DNA of 34,954 nucleotides from a virus (lineage: Duplodnaviria > Caudoviricetes), in the IMG/VR virus record IMGVR_UViG_3300048881_000515, positions 1-34,954 of that record; one strand, 5' to 3'. Shown one piece after another: positions 16,697 to 25,751 of this stretch; the first letter of the stretch is position 1; each line of letters opens with the position of its first letter. Made by a program: the position numbers and the translations under genes. The notes beneath the pieces were generated by a model. It was not told the origin of the DNA, ran no database searches, and was given only the letters and a program-made list of their open reading frames with translations.

Positions 16697-18292
16697 ATGC
16701 CACCTCTCAACAAACAGAAGCAAATCGCTGAAATTGTTAAGTGCGGAAAAGATCCAACGTACTTCATAAATCGACACGTTGAGATTCAACATCCCATTCG
16801 TGGGCGTATTCCTTTCCATACGTTTCCGTTTCAAGATGATTGTCTGACCGCGTTTAACGATCATCGATATAATATTGTCGTAAAATCAAGACAGCTTGGT
16901 TTATCGACGCTGACAGCTGCATACGCCGCGTGGATGGCACTTTTTCACAAAGACAAAACCGTCTTGGTTATTGCAACAAAGCTTGCGGTTGCACAGAACT
17001 TTATTAAGAAAGTAAAGATTGCTTTATCTGGTATCCCAAAATGGATGTGGATCACCGAGATCACTGCAAAGAACACTCAAGCAATTGAATTTTCTAATGG
17101 TTCTGCCATTAAGGCGGTTCCCACATCTGATGATGCCGGCCGTTCGGAGGCCTTGAGCTTGCTGATTGTCGATGAGGCAGCTTTTATTAGAAATTTTGAT
17201 GAGCTGTGGAAGGGACTGTATCCTACGCTGTCTACAGGTGGTAGAGCAGTCGTGGTGAGCACACCCAACGGAACGGGCGGTCAGTATTATGATTTGTACC
17301 ATGATGCCGTAAGCGGCTTCAATGAGTTTAACCACATAAAGCTGCCTTGGGATGTTCATCCTGAAAGGGGAGATGAGTGGTTCGAAAATGAAAGCAAGAA
17401 TCTCAATAGGCAGCAGGTTGCTCAGGAGCTTTTGTGCGATTTCCAAGCATCAGGTGACACCTTTCTCTCAAGCGATGATATTGAGAAATTACGGATGCAG
17501 ATACGGTCGCCAATGGAAAAATGGGGTCCTGAAAACAATGTGTGGACCTGGAAGTACGCCCTTGATGGCCATTCTTATATAGTGTCATCCGATGTTGCTC
17601 GCGGCGATGGTGCCGATTTTTCAACTTTCCATGTAATAGACACCACCGTATCAGAAGTCGTTGCTGAATTTAAGGGTAAGGTCCCACCAGACCAATTGGC
17701 TTTTCTGCTAATGGAGGCATCGAAAAGATATGGGGATGCCATTATCTGCCCAGAAAGCAACACATACGGCTACGCTGTGCTTATGAAGCTTAAAGAAAAC
17801 GGCTGTAGAAATATCTGGTTTAAGAAAGAGAAAGAAAAATTTGATGTGCTTTATGGGAACGGCTCTATAGGAAAAGCGGGTTTTTCCACACAGGGCTCGA
17901 GCCGTCCCAAGATATTGACAAAGATGGAAGAAGTAATTCGGAATGATAAGATAAGGATATACTCTTCAAGATTTGTAGAGGAAATGAAAACCTTTATCTG
18001 GAACGGCAATAAAGCACAGGCGCAGCGCGGAAAGAATGATGATCTTGTAATGTCATTAGCTATCGGAATTTGGTTATATGATGCGACGGCACGAGTCCAT
18101 TCGAAGAAGGTAGATATAAATGCTGCGATGCTTGCGGGATTTGCATTGAATAAACGAGCAGAGCCAGACCGGCGAGACATGTCACCCTTTAATCAACAAG
18201 TGGGTATACTTACTGCAAGAGGCATGCCAGTGCTAATGGGTGATGAACATCCTGCGGTATCTGGCTCGGTAGATTTTAAGTGGCTACTGTAA
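16697..18292 (+). CDS. terL: Terminase large subunit (T4 gp17-like)
   Basis: Walker A-type 'KSRQLGLST', Walker B 'LIVDEAAF', coupling motif 'STPNG', nuclease motifs 'DVARGDGADFS' and 'DDLVMSLAI'. Confidence 0.93.
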   Translation: MPPLNKQKQIAEIVKCGKDPTYFINRHVEIQHPIRGRIPFHTFPFQDDCLTAFNDHRYNIVVKSRQLGLSTLTAAYAAWMALFHKDKTVLVIATKLAVAQNFIKKVKIALSGIPKWMWITEITAKNTQAIEFSNGSAIKAVPTSDDAGRSEALSLLIVDEAAFIRNFDELWKGLYPTLSTGGRAVVVSTPNGTGGQYYDLYHDAVSGFNEFNHIKLPWDVHPERGDEWFENESKNLNRQQVAQELLCDFQASGDTFLSSDDIEKLRMQIRSPMEKWGPENNVWTWKYALDGHSYIVSSDVARGDGADFSTFHVIDTTVSEVVAEFKGKVPPDQLAFLLMEASKRYGDAIICPESNTYGYAVLMKLKENGCRNIWFKKEKEKFDVLYGNGSIGKAGFSTQGSSRPKILTKMEEVIRNDKIRIYSSRFVEEMKTFIWNGNKAQAQRGKNDDLVMSLAIGIWLYDATARVHSKKVDINAAMLAGFALNKRAEPDRRDMSPFNQQVGILTARGMPVLMGDEHPAVSGSVDFKWLL

Positions 18293-18319
18293 CTCTTATA
18301 ATAGCTGGTGAGGAATTAA

Positions 18320-20272
18320 ATGGCAGGTAAAGGAAATATATTTCAACGACTTACTAAATTATTTCGTTCTGGACCGGTAATAAAAAGAAAAGTTCGGCAA
18401 AATGTCCCGGGTCTTTCATCTTCAGCAGCAGAGGTTTTTAAGCGCGCTCATAATGATGTATATAACAACACACTCAGCGCGTATGGCTCTTTCGACAGAA
18501 TGTCGAGATATTCAGACTTTGCAGAAATGGAAGCCACCCCGGAGATAGCATCAGCGCTGGACATATATGCTGAAGAAACAGTGAGCCCCGATGAGCACGG
18601 AAGAGTGCTACACATCTTTTGTGAGGATGAGCTTAAGAAAGAACTTCTTGAAACTCTTTTCTACGACACACTGAACCTTGAATTTAATCTAGTGATGTGG
18701 GTTCGGAATTTATGCAAATATGGCGACTTCTTCTTGTTTAATGATGTTGATCCGAAGTTTGGCATTGTAAATGCTTATCCTATCCCGATATCTGAAATGG
18801 AGCGAGAGGAAGGGTTTGATCCTGAAAATCCTGGAGCTGTCCGCTTTCGCTGGCTTACTCAAGGGAACACTGTTCTAGAGAATTGGCAGATTTCCCACTT
18901 TAGACTTTTGGGTAATGATGCGTTCTTGCCATACGGTTCTTCAGTTCTGGAGTCTGCAAGAAGGATATGGAGACAACTGATCCTGATTGAAGACGCGATG
19001 CTCGTTTATCGAGTTATTCGTGCACCTGAGCGGAGAGTCTTTTATATCGATGTCGGGAACGTGGCACCTGAGGATGTGGGCGATTATCTTGAACAGGCGA
19101 CTTCAACTCTGAAAAGAGCGCCCGTTGTGGACCGCGCCAACGGGAAGGTTGACCTCCGATATAATCCACTCTCTGTAGACGAAGATTATTTTATTCCTGT
19201 ACGAGGCGGTGAATCTGGTACAAAGATTGATACCCTGGCAGGAGGACAAAACACGGCTGCCATCGAAGATGTAGAATACATTCAAAAGAAATTGTTTGCT
19301 GCGCTAAAAATTCCTCGTGCATATTTGGGATATGATGAGGACATTGGGGCTAAGGCAACCCTGGCTCAGGAAGACATCAGATTCAGCCGTACGATTCAGC
19401 GTATTCAAAAGACAGTAATCGCAGAGCTTAATAAGATCGCGATGATTCATCTTTATGTTCATGGTTATGATGCTGAAGACTTAATTGATTTTGAGTTGAA
19501 ACTTTCGAACCCATCGTCTGTGGCACAAATGCAGAAGCTTGAATTGATATCTCAGCGCTTTGATATTGCAGGTAAGGTTCCTGAAGGAATGCTCGATCGC
19601 AGGTGGGTTCAGAAGAACGTTCTTGGGTTAACTGACAAGGTGATTGAAGAAATCCACGAAGGGAAGATGAAGGATAAGATAGAAGATGCCGAAGTTGAAG
19701 GTGCTGGAGCTGAGGAAGGCGAAGAAGGTGGTGGTGAAGAAGCCGCCGGCGGTGGTGGTCTCTTCTCCGCTGACGTTCCTTCCGGTGAGCAGCTTTTGAC
19801 TGCATTTCCCGCTGACGGTGATAAGATAAAAGATGATCCCGATGAGGATGATCCCGATGAGGATATTGTTGATATCTCCAAGTTGTCTATTAACGATCCG
19901 GATGCTCCTCTAAAAGCTCAATCAGCTGTTCAGCAACAGAGTAGAAAAAAGACTGGCGGCCCCTTAAAAACTCACATGCCTGATTTCCGAACAATGGTCA
20001 CTCACAAGAGACCGCAGGACTCAATGAGAAAACCTTTTGGTGATGATTATCTTCGTACCCACTTAGAGGGAATGGAATGGGATGAGCGGGATACTTATAA
20101 GACAAGCGCCGCGGTGAAGCCGGTGATAACACCAGAACTAAGGGGTACATTCAGATCATTATCTTCAATCCTTGCTCCTGAAGGCGGAGTGCTTCTTAAC
20201 GAAGCGGATTTAAGTGGGGAAGACAATTTCGACCTCGATGAATACGATGCCGGAGAAATAGATGAAAGTTAA
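18320..20272 (+). CDS. Portal protein (T4 gp20-like) with an acidic C-terminal extension
   Basis: 'LIEDAMLVYRVIRAPERRVFYIDVGN', 'EDYFIPVRG...TKIDTLAGG', 'IEDVEYIQKKLFAALKIP' are hallmark gp20 motifs. Follows terL. Confidence 0.93.
   Translation: MAGKGNIFQRLTKLFRSGPVIKRKVRQNVPGLSSSAAEVFKRAHNDVYNNTLSAYGSFDRMSRYSDFAEMEATPEIASALDIYAEETVSPDEHGRVLHIFCEDELKKELLETLFYDTLNLEFNLVMWVRNLCKYGDFFLFNDVDPKFGIVNAYPIPISEMEREEGFDPENPGAVRFRWLTQGNTVLENWQISHFRLLGNDAFLPYGSSVLESARRIWRQLILIEDAMLVYRVIRAPERRVFYIDVGNVAPEDVGDYLEQATSTLKRAPVVDRANGKVDLRYNPLSVDEDYFIPVRGGESGTKIDTLAGGQNTAAIEDVEYIQKKLFAALKIPRAYLGYDEDIGAKATLAQEDIRFSRTIQRIQKTVIAELNKIAMIHLYVHGYDAEDLIDFELKLSNPSSVAQMQKLELISQRFDIAGKVPEGMLDRRWVQKNVLGLTDKVIEEIHEGKMKDKIEDAEVEGAGAEEGEEGGGEEAAGGGGLFSADVPSGEQLLTAFPADGDKIKDDPDEDDPDEDIVDISKLSINDPDAPLKAQSAVQQQSRKKTGGPLKTHMPDFRTMVTHKRPQDSMRKPFGDDYLRTHLEGMEWDERDTYKTSAAVKPVITPELRGTFRSLSSILAPEGGVLLNEADLSGEDNFDLDEYDAGEIDES
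19832..19864 (+). repeat. 15-bp in-frame tandem repeat (GATGATCCCGATGAG x2.2) encoding DDPDE-DDPDE-D in the portal tail
   Basis: Two exact adjacent copies read directly from the sequence. Confidence 0.85.
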
Positions 20273-21119
20273 ACACAATAAAAAAAGAAATGTCGGACTG
20301 ATCTTTGCACAATTATCTCAGTATATCTCAGAAGCGCTAGTGGAAGGGAAGGTCAAGAAAGCGAAGAAAGCGATTGACATTTTACAGAAGCACTTTGTCC
20401 CGGGCTCGGAGCTGTTCAGAGAATTTCGACTTTTTAGAGCAATGATGGTGACTGAGGTACCGTCTCCAGCGCTGGCATCTTCGATTATGGTGGAAGCAAA
20501 GCAAGCTGCAAAAGATCTTGATGTCAAATTATTGACACAACAAAAATCAGCTCTGATTAAGGACATCAATTATATCTTGGGTGAGAGCAACTTTTACAAT
20601 AGAAGAGTTTCGGACTACAAAGAATTTGCTACGGTCCAAACTCTTCTTTCACAATGGCGTACCAGCAACCCTGATCTTCTTGTCTCCAGTACATTCGAGG
20701 CTGAGCTTCATGGGTATCTATTAAAAGAAAAACCTCGTGAAGTACTAACAGATCTCAAGACACCGCAAGTAAATCATTTGGCGGTAGAGATTATGCATAG
20801 AAAAATTGAGGAAAGATTTGGTGCCTCATTTTCTCCCTCACAAATTACTCTTCTCAGAGAGTATGTGTTTTCTGAAAACAATGGCGTGAAATTTAGGGCT
20901 CATCTGGCTGATGTGAAAAGAAAATCCGTCGAATCCCTCAGCGGCTATTCAGTGATTTGTGAGAACAAGATTTTGTCTAGCCAGATTGAAAAAGTCCAGG
21001 AACAGGTGCTAGCACTTGATGTAGATAAATTTGACGATGATTCTATATCAAAATACTTAACACTAATGAAGCTCACAGAAGAGTTAACATCAGGAGAAGA
21101 GTTCGATGTCAGACCTTAA
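20262..21119 (+). CDS. Hypothetical helical protein (285 aa) between portal and protease; probable head-assembly protein
   Basis: Overlaps both neighbours. Basic N-terminus 'KVKHNKKRNVGLIF'. Assignment rests on position only. Confidence 0.6.
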   Translation: MKVKHNKKRNVGLIFAQLSQYISEALVEGKVKKAKKAIDILQKHFVPGSELFREFRLFRAMMVTEVPSPALASSIMVEAKQAAKDLDVKLLTQQKSALIKDINYILGESNFYNRRVSDYKEFATVQTLLSQWRTSNPDLLVSSTFEAELHGYLLKEKPREVLTDLKTPQVNHLAVEIMHRKIEERFGASFSPSQITLLREYVFSENNGVKFRAHLADVKRKSVESLSGYSVICENKILSSQIEKVQEQVLALDVDKFDDDSISKYLTLMKLTEELTSGEEFDVRP

Positions 21120-21720
21120 ATTATTGACCGAGTGGTCGCCCTGGCAATACACTAAAGAAATGATCGAGGAGTCGAAGACTCAAAACGATGGAAAGCTTTT
21201 GATGAAGGGTGTGCTGCAGAAGGCAGACACGCTAAACCAGAATGGAAGAATATATCCCCGCGCTATTCTCGATAGGGAAGTACGAAATTATCAGAAGTTT
21301 ATTGCTGAGAGTCGTGCTTTGGGAGAATGCGATCATCCGGACAGTTCGGTTGTAGAATTGAAAAATGCATCGCACATTGTACGAGAAGCTTATATGGATG
21401 GTGACACCTGTTACGGAACGGTGGAGTTGCTTGATACCCCCTCTGGTAACATCCTTAAGAGTCTTGTAGAGTCCGGTGTCACTCTTGGTATCTCATCTCG
21501 TGGTGTAGGCTCAACGAAAAGGAGCGGCGACACTGATGTGGTTCAAGATGATTTTCAACTTATTTGTTGGGATTTCGTTTCTGAGCCCTCAACCCCCGGC
21601 GCATTTATGATGCGCGAGGGTATCATACGAGAGGGTGACCTGGACAAAGTGTTTAATAAATCAGATCGGATCTACCGCTTGTTTAATGAAGTGTTGGATT
21701 GGGAAGGAGAATCAGAATGA
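21106..21720 (+). CDS. Prohead core protease (T4 gp21-like)
   Basis: 'NQNGRIYP', 'ALGECDHP' (catalytic His), 'GISSRGVGS' (catalytic Ser), 'DFVSEPSTPGA'. Confidence 0.92.
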   Translation: MSDLKLLTEWSPWQYTKEMIEESKTQNDGKLLMKGVLQKADTLNQNGRIYPRAILDREVRNYQKFIAESRALGECDHPDSSVVELKNASHIVREAYMDGDTCYGTVELLDTPSGNILKSLVESGVTLGISSRGVGSTKRSGDTDVVQDDFQLICWDFVSEPSTPGAFMMREGIIREGDLDKVFNKSDRIYRLFNEVLDWEGESE

Positions 21721-22247
21721 GTACATGGCCAAAACCCGGTCTTGGTATGGTCGGTGAATATCAAAGAAGCGGCATGCCATATGTGACATCATCTAACGGT
21801 GCCGAGCTTCAAGCCTCTGCCGCGAATGTTATTGAAATTCAGTTTCCGCGAGTTACTCGGTGGTTCGAGGTGCGAGGTCTGGATGCAGCAAACGCATCCA
21901 GCGAAATTAGAATAGGCTTCACCCGTAACGGAGTTCTTGGTGAGGGCGCAGTCACAGGATCGATTCCAACTGGTGAGTTTAACACTGACGGAACACAAAA
22001 GTGGAGAAAACTTAATCCCCTCCCAACGACGCAAGATCAAGTCGCAGATAGTAACAACTACTACGTTATTCCAAGTACACAAACATCAGCAGCTCCCGGT
22101 ATGAGATTTGAGCTGATGTGCAGTAGCTTATTTTTGTGTACTCATACTGGTCATGCCAGCGGCTTCACAGTTATCGCTGGGTTGACTGACATCGATCGAA
22201 CCGCCCTCGCGCTTACAGGCTCAAACGGATACCAGGGAGTGGGATGA
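21717..22247 (+). CDS. Hypothetical virion protein (176 aa, begins MSTWPKPGLG)
   Basis: The ATG at 21717 forms an ATGA overlap with the protease stop and has SD AGGAGA, so it is preferred over the TTG at 21699. Confidence 0.65.
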   Translation: MSTWPKPGLGMVGEYQRSGMPYVTSSNGAELQASAANVIEIQFPRVTRWFEVRGLDAANASSEIRIGFTRNGVLGEGAVTGSIPTGEFNTDGTQKWRKLNPLPTTQDQVADSNNYYVIPSTQTSAAPGMRFELMCSSLFLCTHTGHASGFTVIAGLTDIDRTALALTGSNGYQGVG

Positions 22248-22705
22248 TGGCTAAAGTTTCTCGTGATATGCTGAAGGATCTAGTGAAGGAATGTCTTTTC
22301 GAAATTCTGCTAGAGTCCACAGGCGATACGGGTACAAGATTGGTTGAAGCACAAACCCGGCCTCGACCTGTCGCCAAGAGCAAGAGAGCTGGGTTAAAAA
22401 ATCGGAAGACTCGTCCCGCTCTAGATGCTATCTCATTTGGGAAGAAGAGCGGAAAAAATACGAAACCGCCAGCTCCACGCTCTATTGACGTGAGTGGTAT
22501 AACTGCTGATCCTGTTATGGCTTCTATATTCCAGGATACAGCAGCAACAACGCTGCTGGAACAGAATGCTGCCGAAAGTGGCCGCCCTGGCGCACCACTC
22601 GGACCGGGGGTCTCTCTTGATGATGGCACCACCGGTCAGGGAAGTTTGTTGGGAGAAGCTTCAAAAAATTGGGCTTATCTCGCTTTTAACGATAAATCTG
22701 AGTAA
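22244..22705 (+). CDS. Hypothetical protein (153 aa), probable internal head protein
   Basis: ATGA overlap with the upstream gene. N-terminal 'LKDLVKECLFEILLE' helix followed by a basic, disordered middle. Confidence 0.6.
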   Translation: MMAKVSRDMLKDLVKECLFEILLESTGDTGTRLVEAQTRPRPVAKSKRAGLKNRKTRPALDAISFGKKSGKNTKPPAPRSIDVSGITADPVMASIFQDTAATTLLEQNAAESGRPGAPLGPGVSLDDGTTGQGSLLGEASKNWAYLAFNDKSE

Positions 22706-22719
22706 AGAAGCACTTCGAT

Positions 22720-22730
22720 CGGAATACATA
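22720..22730 (+). promoter_or_regulatory. Putative late promoter motif CGGAATACATA (variant)
   Basis: Matches the recurring intergenic CG-NN-ATA-N-WTA motif, 23 nt before the ATG at 22754. Confidence 0.45.
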
Positions 22731-22753
22731 GAAATAGTCTGGAGGAAATCAAA

Positions 22754-23026
22754 ATGGCTAAAAAAATTAAACTGACACCCGCCCTTTTAAGAAAGCTTGT
22801 GATCCAAGAAAAGAAAAAGATCCAAGAATCTCTAGAGCAGGGTGAAGAGAATGTGGACAAAGTAAAGGCTGAGGAAGTAGACGCCGGCGAATATGCCGAT
22901 TCTCTCGAGAAAGACATCGACCATATTGCTGCATTAAAAATTCAAGAGAGTATACTTAAGAGAAAGTATGCTAAAGTGCAAAAAGCAAAGAAGCGGCTTG
23001 TTAAGAAAATTAGCAAAAAACGGTAG
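22754..23026 (+). CDS. Small charged protein (90 aa), probable internal head protein
   Basis: SD GGAGG. Basic ends, acidic centre and repeated IQE motifs. Confidence 0.65.
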   Translation: MAKKIKLTPALLRKLVIQEKKKIQESLEQGEENVDKVKAEEVDAGEYADSLEKDIDHIAALKIQESILKRKYAKVQKAKKRLVKKISKKR

Positions 23027-23051
23027 CTTTAATTTAAAGGAGTAACATTAA

Positions 23052-23534
23052 ATGCCCACACATAACCAAACAATTGTAGAATATCTTCCGACTGATTACG
23101 GAGATGGGACCTCCGGGACCCCTACGGTGCAGGCATGCTTTCCTGCTTCCCCCATGTATATGGGAGAAATTACAGACGCAGAACGAAAGGAAGTATTTCA
23201 GACTCTCGTTCTTGACGGTGAAGTAAACGACGGTGGCCATACTTTCGGCTTATTTAATCGTGACTATGTTGATGCTCCTAATATCGCTGATGTTGAATCA
23301 GGCGGCGGCGGACTACCTGGAAGTCCATGGGTACCGAATCCCGTTTCCCCAGGTCCCGGAAGCATCAACGCCTCCGACCAGGCGGATCCTCCAAACGGTT
23401 GGGGCGAAGCTCCCAACGAGCAATGGGGTACAGGTGTCGGCTCCCAACTCGAGCCCGCAGAGAGCTCAGCGCAACAGTCAGCTGGTACGCTTGGTGATTA
23501 CGTTATGGGTAAGGCGTGGGGTACTAGTGCTTAA
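23052..23534 (+). CDS. Gly/Pro-rich acidic hypothetical protein (160 aa)
   Basis: SD AAGGAG, TAATG coupling to the next gene. Confidence 0.65.
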   Translation: MPTHNQTIVEYLPTDYGDGTSGTPTVQACFPASPMYMGEITDAERKEVFQTLVLDGEVNDGGHTFGLFNRDYVDAPNIADVESGGGGLPGSPWVPNPVSPGPGSINASDQADPPNGWGEAPNEQWGTGVGSQLEPAESSAQQSAGTLGDYVMGKAWGTSA

Positions 23535-24136
23535 TGGGCATAACCCCAGAGAATCCTGATAGTCCTATAAGTCTTGGCCGTAGACGAGGAAGCAGTCTTG
23601 ATTATAGAGACGACCTCGGATACGGCCGTACTTCTGCGAAGTTCCACACAGACCGAGTAAAGTCTGCGACATATCCTTATGTAGAGGAAGACAGTTTTGG
23701 TGAGGACATTGATCTTGGTTTAGAGATTGATGTCCTTGACCGTATTATCAATAAATTTTCTACACCGTACAAGTCCGATGACTCTCTAATCGGTAGGTCG
23801 GCTGACCACAACGCGAAGGTCGACGGTAATAAACCCTTGGCGCCTGTTCAACAAGAGATGGCTGTCGCGAAAGGAATGGTCCCGTTCCCGAGTATGTATA
23901 AGAAAAGGATCCAGGTCGGCGGCGGCGTCGCTGGTGGCGCCCAGAAATATGTCCGCGGCTCGGATCGAGTGAAAACTGGAACTTGGGATGGCTGGTCCCA
24001 CGCGCCTGAGGAAATCGGCGGACCCGAGGGTGTTAATATCACCTTTGACGAATATATCAGTGACGAAGAAGACGCGAATATCTTGAAATTACGAAAAGTT
24101 GTTCAAGGAATACTCGACCAGCAAGAGCTGGAATAG
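23534..24136 (+). CDS. Hypothetical protein (200 aa) in the head cluster
   Basis: Translationally coupled ORF filling the space before the scaffold gene. Confidence 0.6.
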   Translation: MGITPENPDSPISLGRRRGSSLDYRDDLGYGRTSAKFHTDRVKSATYPYVEEDSFGEDIDLGLEIDVLDRIINKFSTPYKSDDSLIGRSADHNAKVDGNKPLAPVQQEMAVAKGMVPFPSMYKKRIQVGGGVAGGAQKYVRGSDRVKTGTWDGWSHAPEEIGGPEGVNITFDEYISDEEDANILKLRKVVQGILDQQELE

Positions 24137-24164
24137 TTGCAAATGATGGTAATCTCGTTTCGTT

Positions 24165-24175
24165 CGCAATACTTA
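24165..24175 (+). promoter_or_regulatory. Putative late promoter motif CGCAATACTTA
   Basis: Intergenic, 30 nt before the scaffold ATG, matching the recurring motif. Confidence 0.55.
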
Positions 24176-24205
24176 ACTGTAAGTGCACATAAATAAGGTG
24201 GATTC

Positions 24206-25723
24206 ATGTCGACAAATCTTTATAAGGAGGCAATTGCAGAAGCTCAACAGCTAAAGCTGTTAGCGGAGCAAAATGCCAAAAATAAAATAATAGAAGCACT
24301 CACCCCACGAATTCAGGCAATGGTTGAATCACAGCTACTGTCCGAGCAGCAGGAAATTGAACTCATTGATGTTGAGGGTCCTGCAGCTGAGCTCGTTGTA
24401 CCTGATGGGATGGTCGAAGAGGAGCCCGATGAAGAGGCCTCAGTGATCGTCAACGCACAGGGTGATGTGAATTTATCTGTTTCTGAAAGTCTTCCTAATA
24501 ACTTTAGGAAAAATCTGGGTGATCTGAAAGCCCAGTTAACCTCTACGTCTTCCGATCAAAATAAGCTAGCCGAAAGAATTGCAAAGCTTCGTGGGAAGGT
24601 TAGGAGAATGGACGCCTTGTTGTCCGAAATAAATGCAAGTGCATTATCAAGGCAACAAAAGTCTGTAATAAAACGGTCATATCAAAAATTGTTAAAGGAA
24701 GCCGTAACTTTGCGCTCAGAGGCAATAGTTAGTTCTAGCAATAAGAGTCAAGGCAACCGTCTAGCAATATTCGAAACATTAAAGGAGATGAATATAATGA
24801 CTACCAAACGCAGCCGCGCCATCTTCAACCAACTTTTTGAAGCTGGACTCGGCGAATTAGATGAAATGGAACTGGTTCTCAGTGATGAGGACCTCGAGGC
24901 GCTTGGCGTTGAAGACGCTGAGGCAGCCGATGTCGCGTCTCTTGATCTTGAAATGGTTGATGAGACCGGCGAAGAGGAAGAGGGCGAAGAGGAAGAAGCT
25001 GAAGGAGAGGAAGAGGAAGCTGAAGGAGAGGAAGAGGAAGAAGTTGCTCTTGATCTCGGTGAAGTTTTTGAAATCGACCCCCGGATGCTGAAGATGGAGC
25101 TTCGTAAGCTTCGCAGAATTCGTGAGGCTACTGAAGGAAGCGCTGAAGCTACCGATCAGGCCGACCAGTTCGGCGGTGGAGAAGTTGAAGACGAGTCTTT
25201 TATCGATGTCGATGAAGATGATCTTTTGAACGCACTCGCCGATGAACTCGGTGATCCCGATGTTCCCACACCAACAGTCGAATCCCGTAGACGGCGAGCC
25301 CGAGCCGCTCGTCGACGCAGAGTTGCTGAATCACGTCGCAGCAGATCCCGAAGAACAACTCGCCGCCAGCCGGCCAGCGCTTCTTCTGCATCTCGCCAGA
25401 ACCGTGCTCTTAAGCAGCAGCTTTCTGAAATGAATCTTTTTAACGCAAAACTGCTTTATGTGAACAAACTGATGCAAAATCGTAATGTAAGTTCTAAGCA
25501 GCAGCGTGCCATAGTCGAAGCTTTAGATAATGCTAAGACAATCCGTGAAGCGAAATTAGTGTATGAAAGCATTACTCGCTCACTTAGTAAGAAGTCCCTC
25601 AGTGAGGGCAAGAGAAGAGTTCTTGGATCTTCTAGTAAGTCGACTCGCAGAGGCAGTGCCAATGTGAATGAGTCGGCTCAGACGGACCGATGGGCAACAC
25701 TCGCTGGTATCAAAAACAAATAG
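24206..25723 (+). CDS. Prohead scaffolding/core protein (T4 gp22-like role), 505 aa
   Basis: Immediately upstream of the capsid gene. Coiled-coil N-terminus, very acidic middle, Arg-rich patch, and C-terminal 'EMNLFNAKLLYVNKL...RWATLAGI'. Confidence 0.72.
   Translation: MSTNLYKEAIAEAQQLKLLAEQNAKNKIIEALTPRIQAMVESQLLSEQQEIELIDVEGPAAELVVPDGMVEEEPDEEASVIVNAQGDVNLSVSESLPNNFRKNLGDLKAQLTSTSSDQNKLAERIAKLRGKVRRMDALLSEINASALSRQQKSVIKRSYQKLLKEAVTLRSEAIVSSSNKSQGNRLAIFETLKEMNIMTTKRSRAIFNQLFEAGLGELDEMELVLSDEDLEALGVEDAEAADVASLDLEMVDETGEEEEGEEEEAEGEEEEAEGEEEEEVALDLGEVFEIDPRMLKMELRKLRRIREATEGSAEATDQADQFGGGEVEDESFIDVDEDDLLNALADELGDPDVPTPTVESRRRRARAARRRRVAESRRSRSRRTTRRQPASASSASRQNRALKQQLSEMNLFNAKLLYVNKLMQNRNVSSKQQRAIVEALDNAKTIREAKLVYESITRSLSKKSLSEGKRRVLGSSSKSTRRGSANVNESAQTDRWATLAGIKNK
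24995..25040 (+). repeat. 21-bp in-frame tandem repeat (GAAGCTGAAGGAGAGGAAGAG x2.2) in a purine-rich poly-Glu tract of the scaffold gene
   Basis: Exact copies at 24995-25015 and 25016-25036. Confidence 0.85.
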
Positions 25724-25751
25724 ACGCTAATCTTTAAAGGAGAAAAAGAAA

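Noticed and set aside
11957-18292. Inteins, introns or homing endonucleases in primase, SbcCD or terminase
   Set aside because: Conserved motifs are spaced normally, and I saw no intein-like C...HN boundaries or LAGLIDADG/HNH/GIY-YIG motifs.
21699-21716. TTG start for the gene after the protease
   Set aside because: The ATG at 21717 has an SD (AGGAGA) and an ATGA overlap, so the extra six codons are unlikely to be translated.
24960-25045. Purine-rich repeats as a CRISPR array or regulatory repeat
   Set aside because: They are in-frame, spacer-less duplications encoding a poly-Glu tract.
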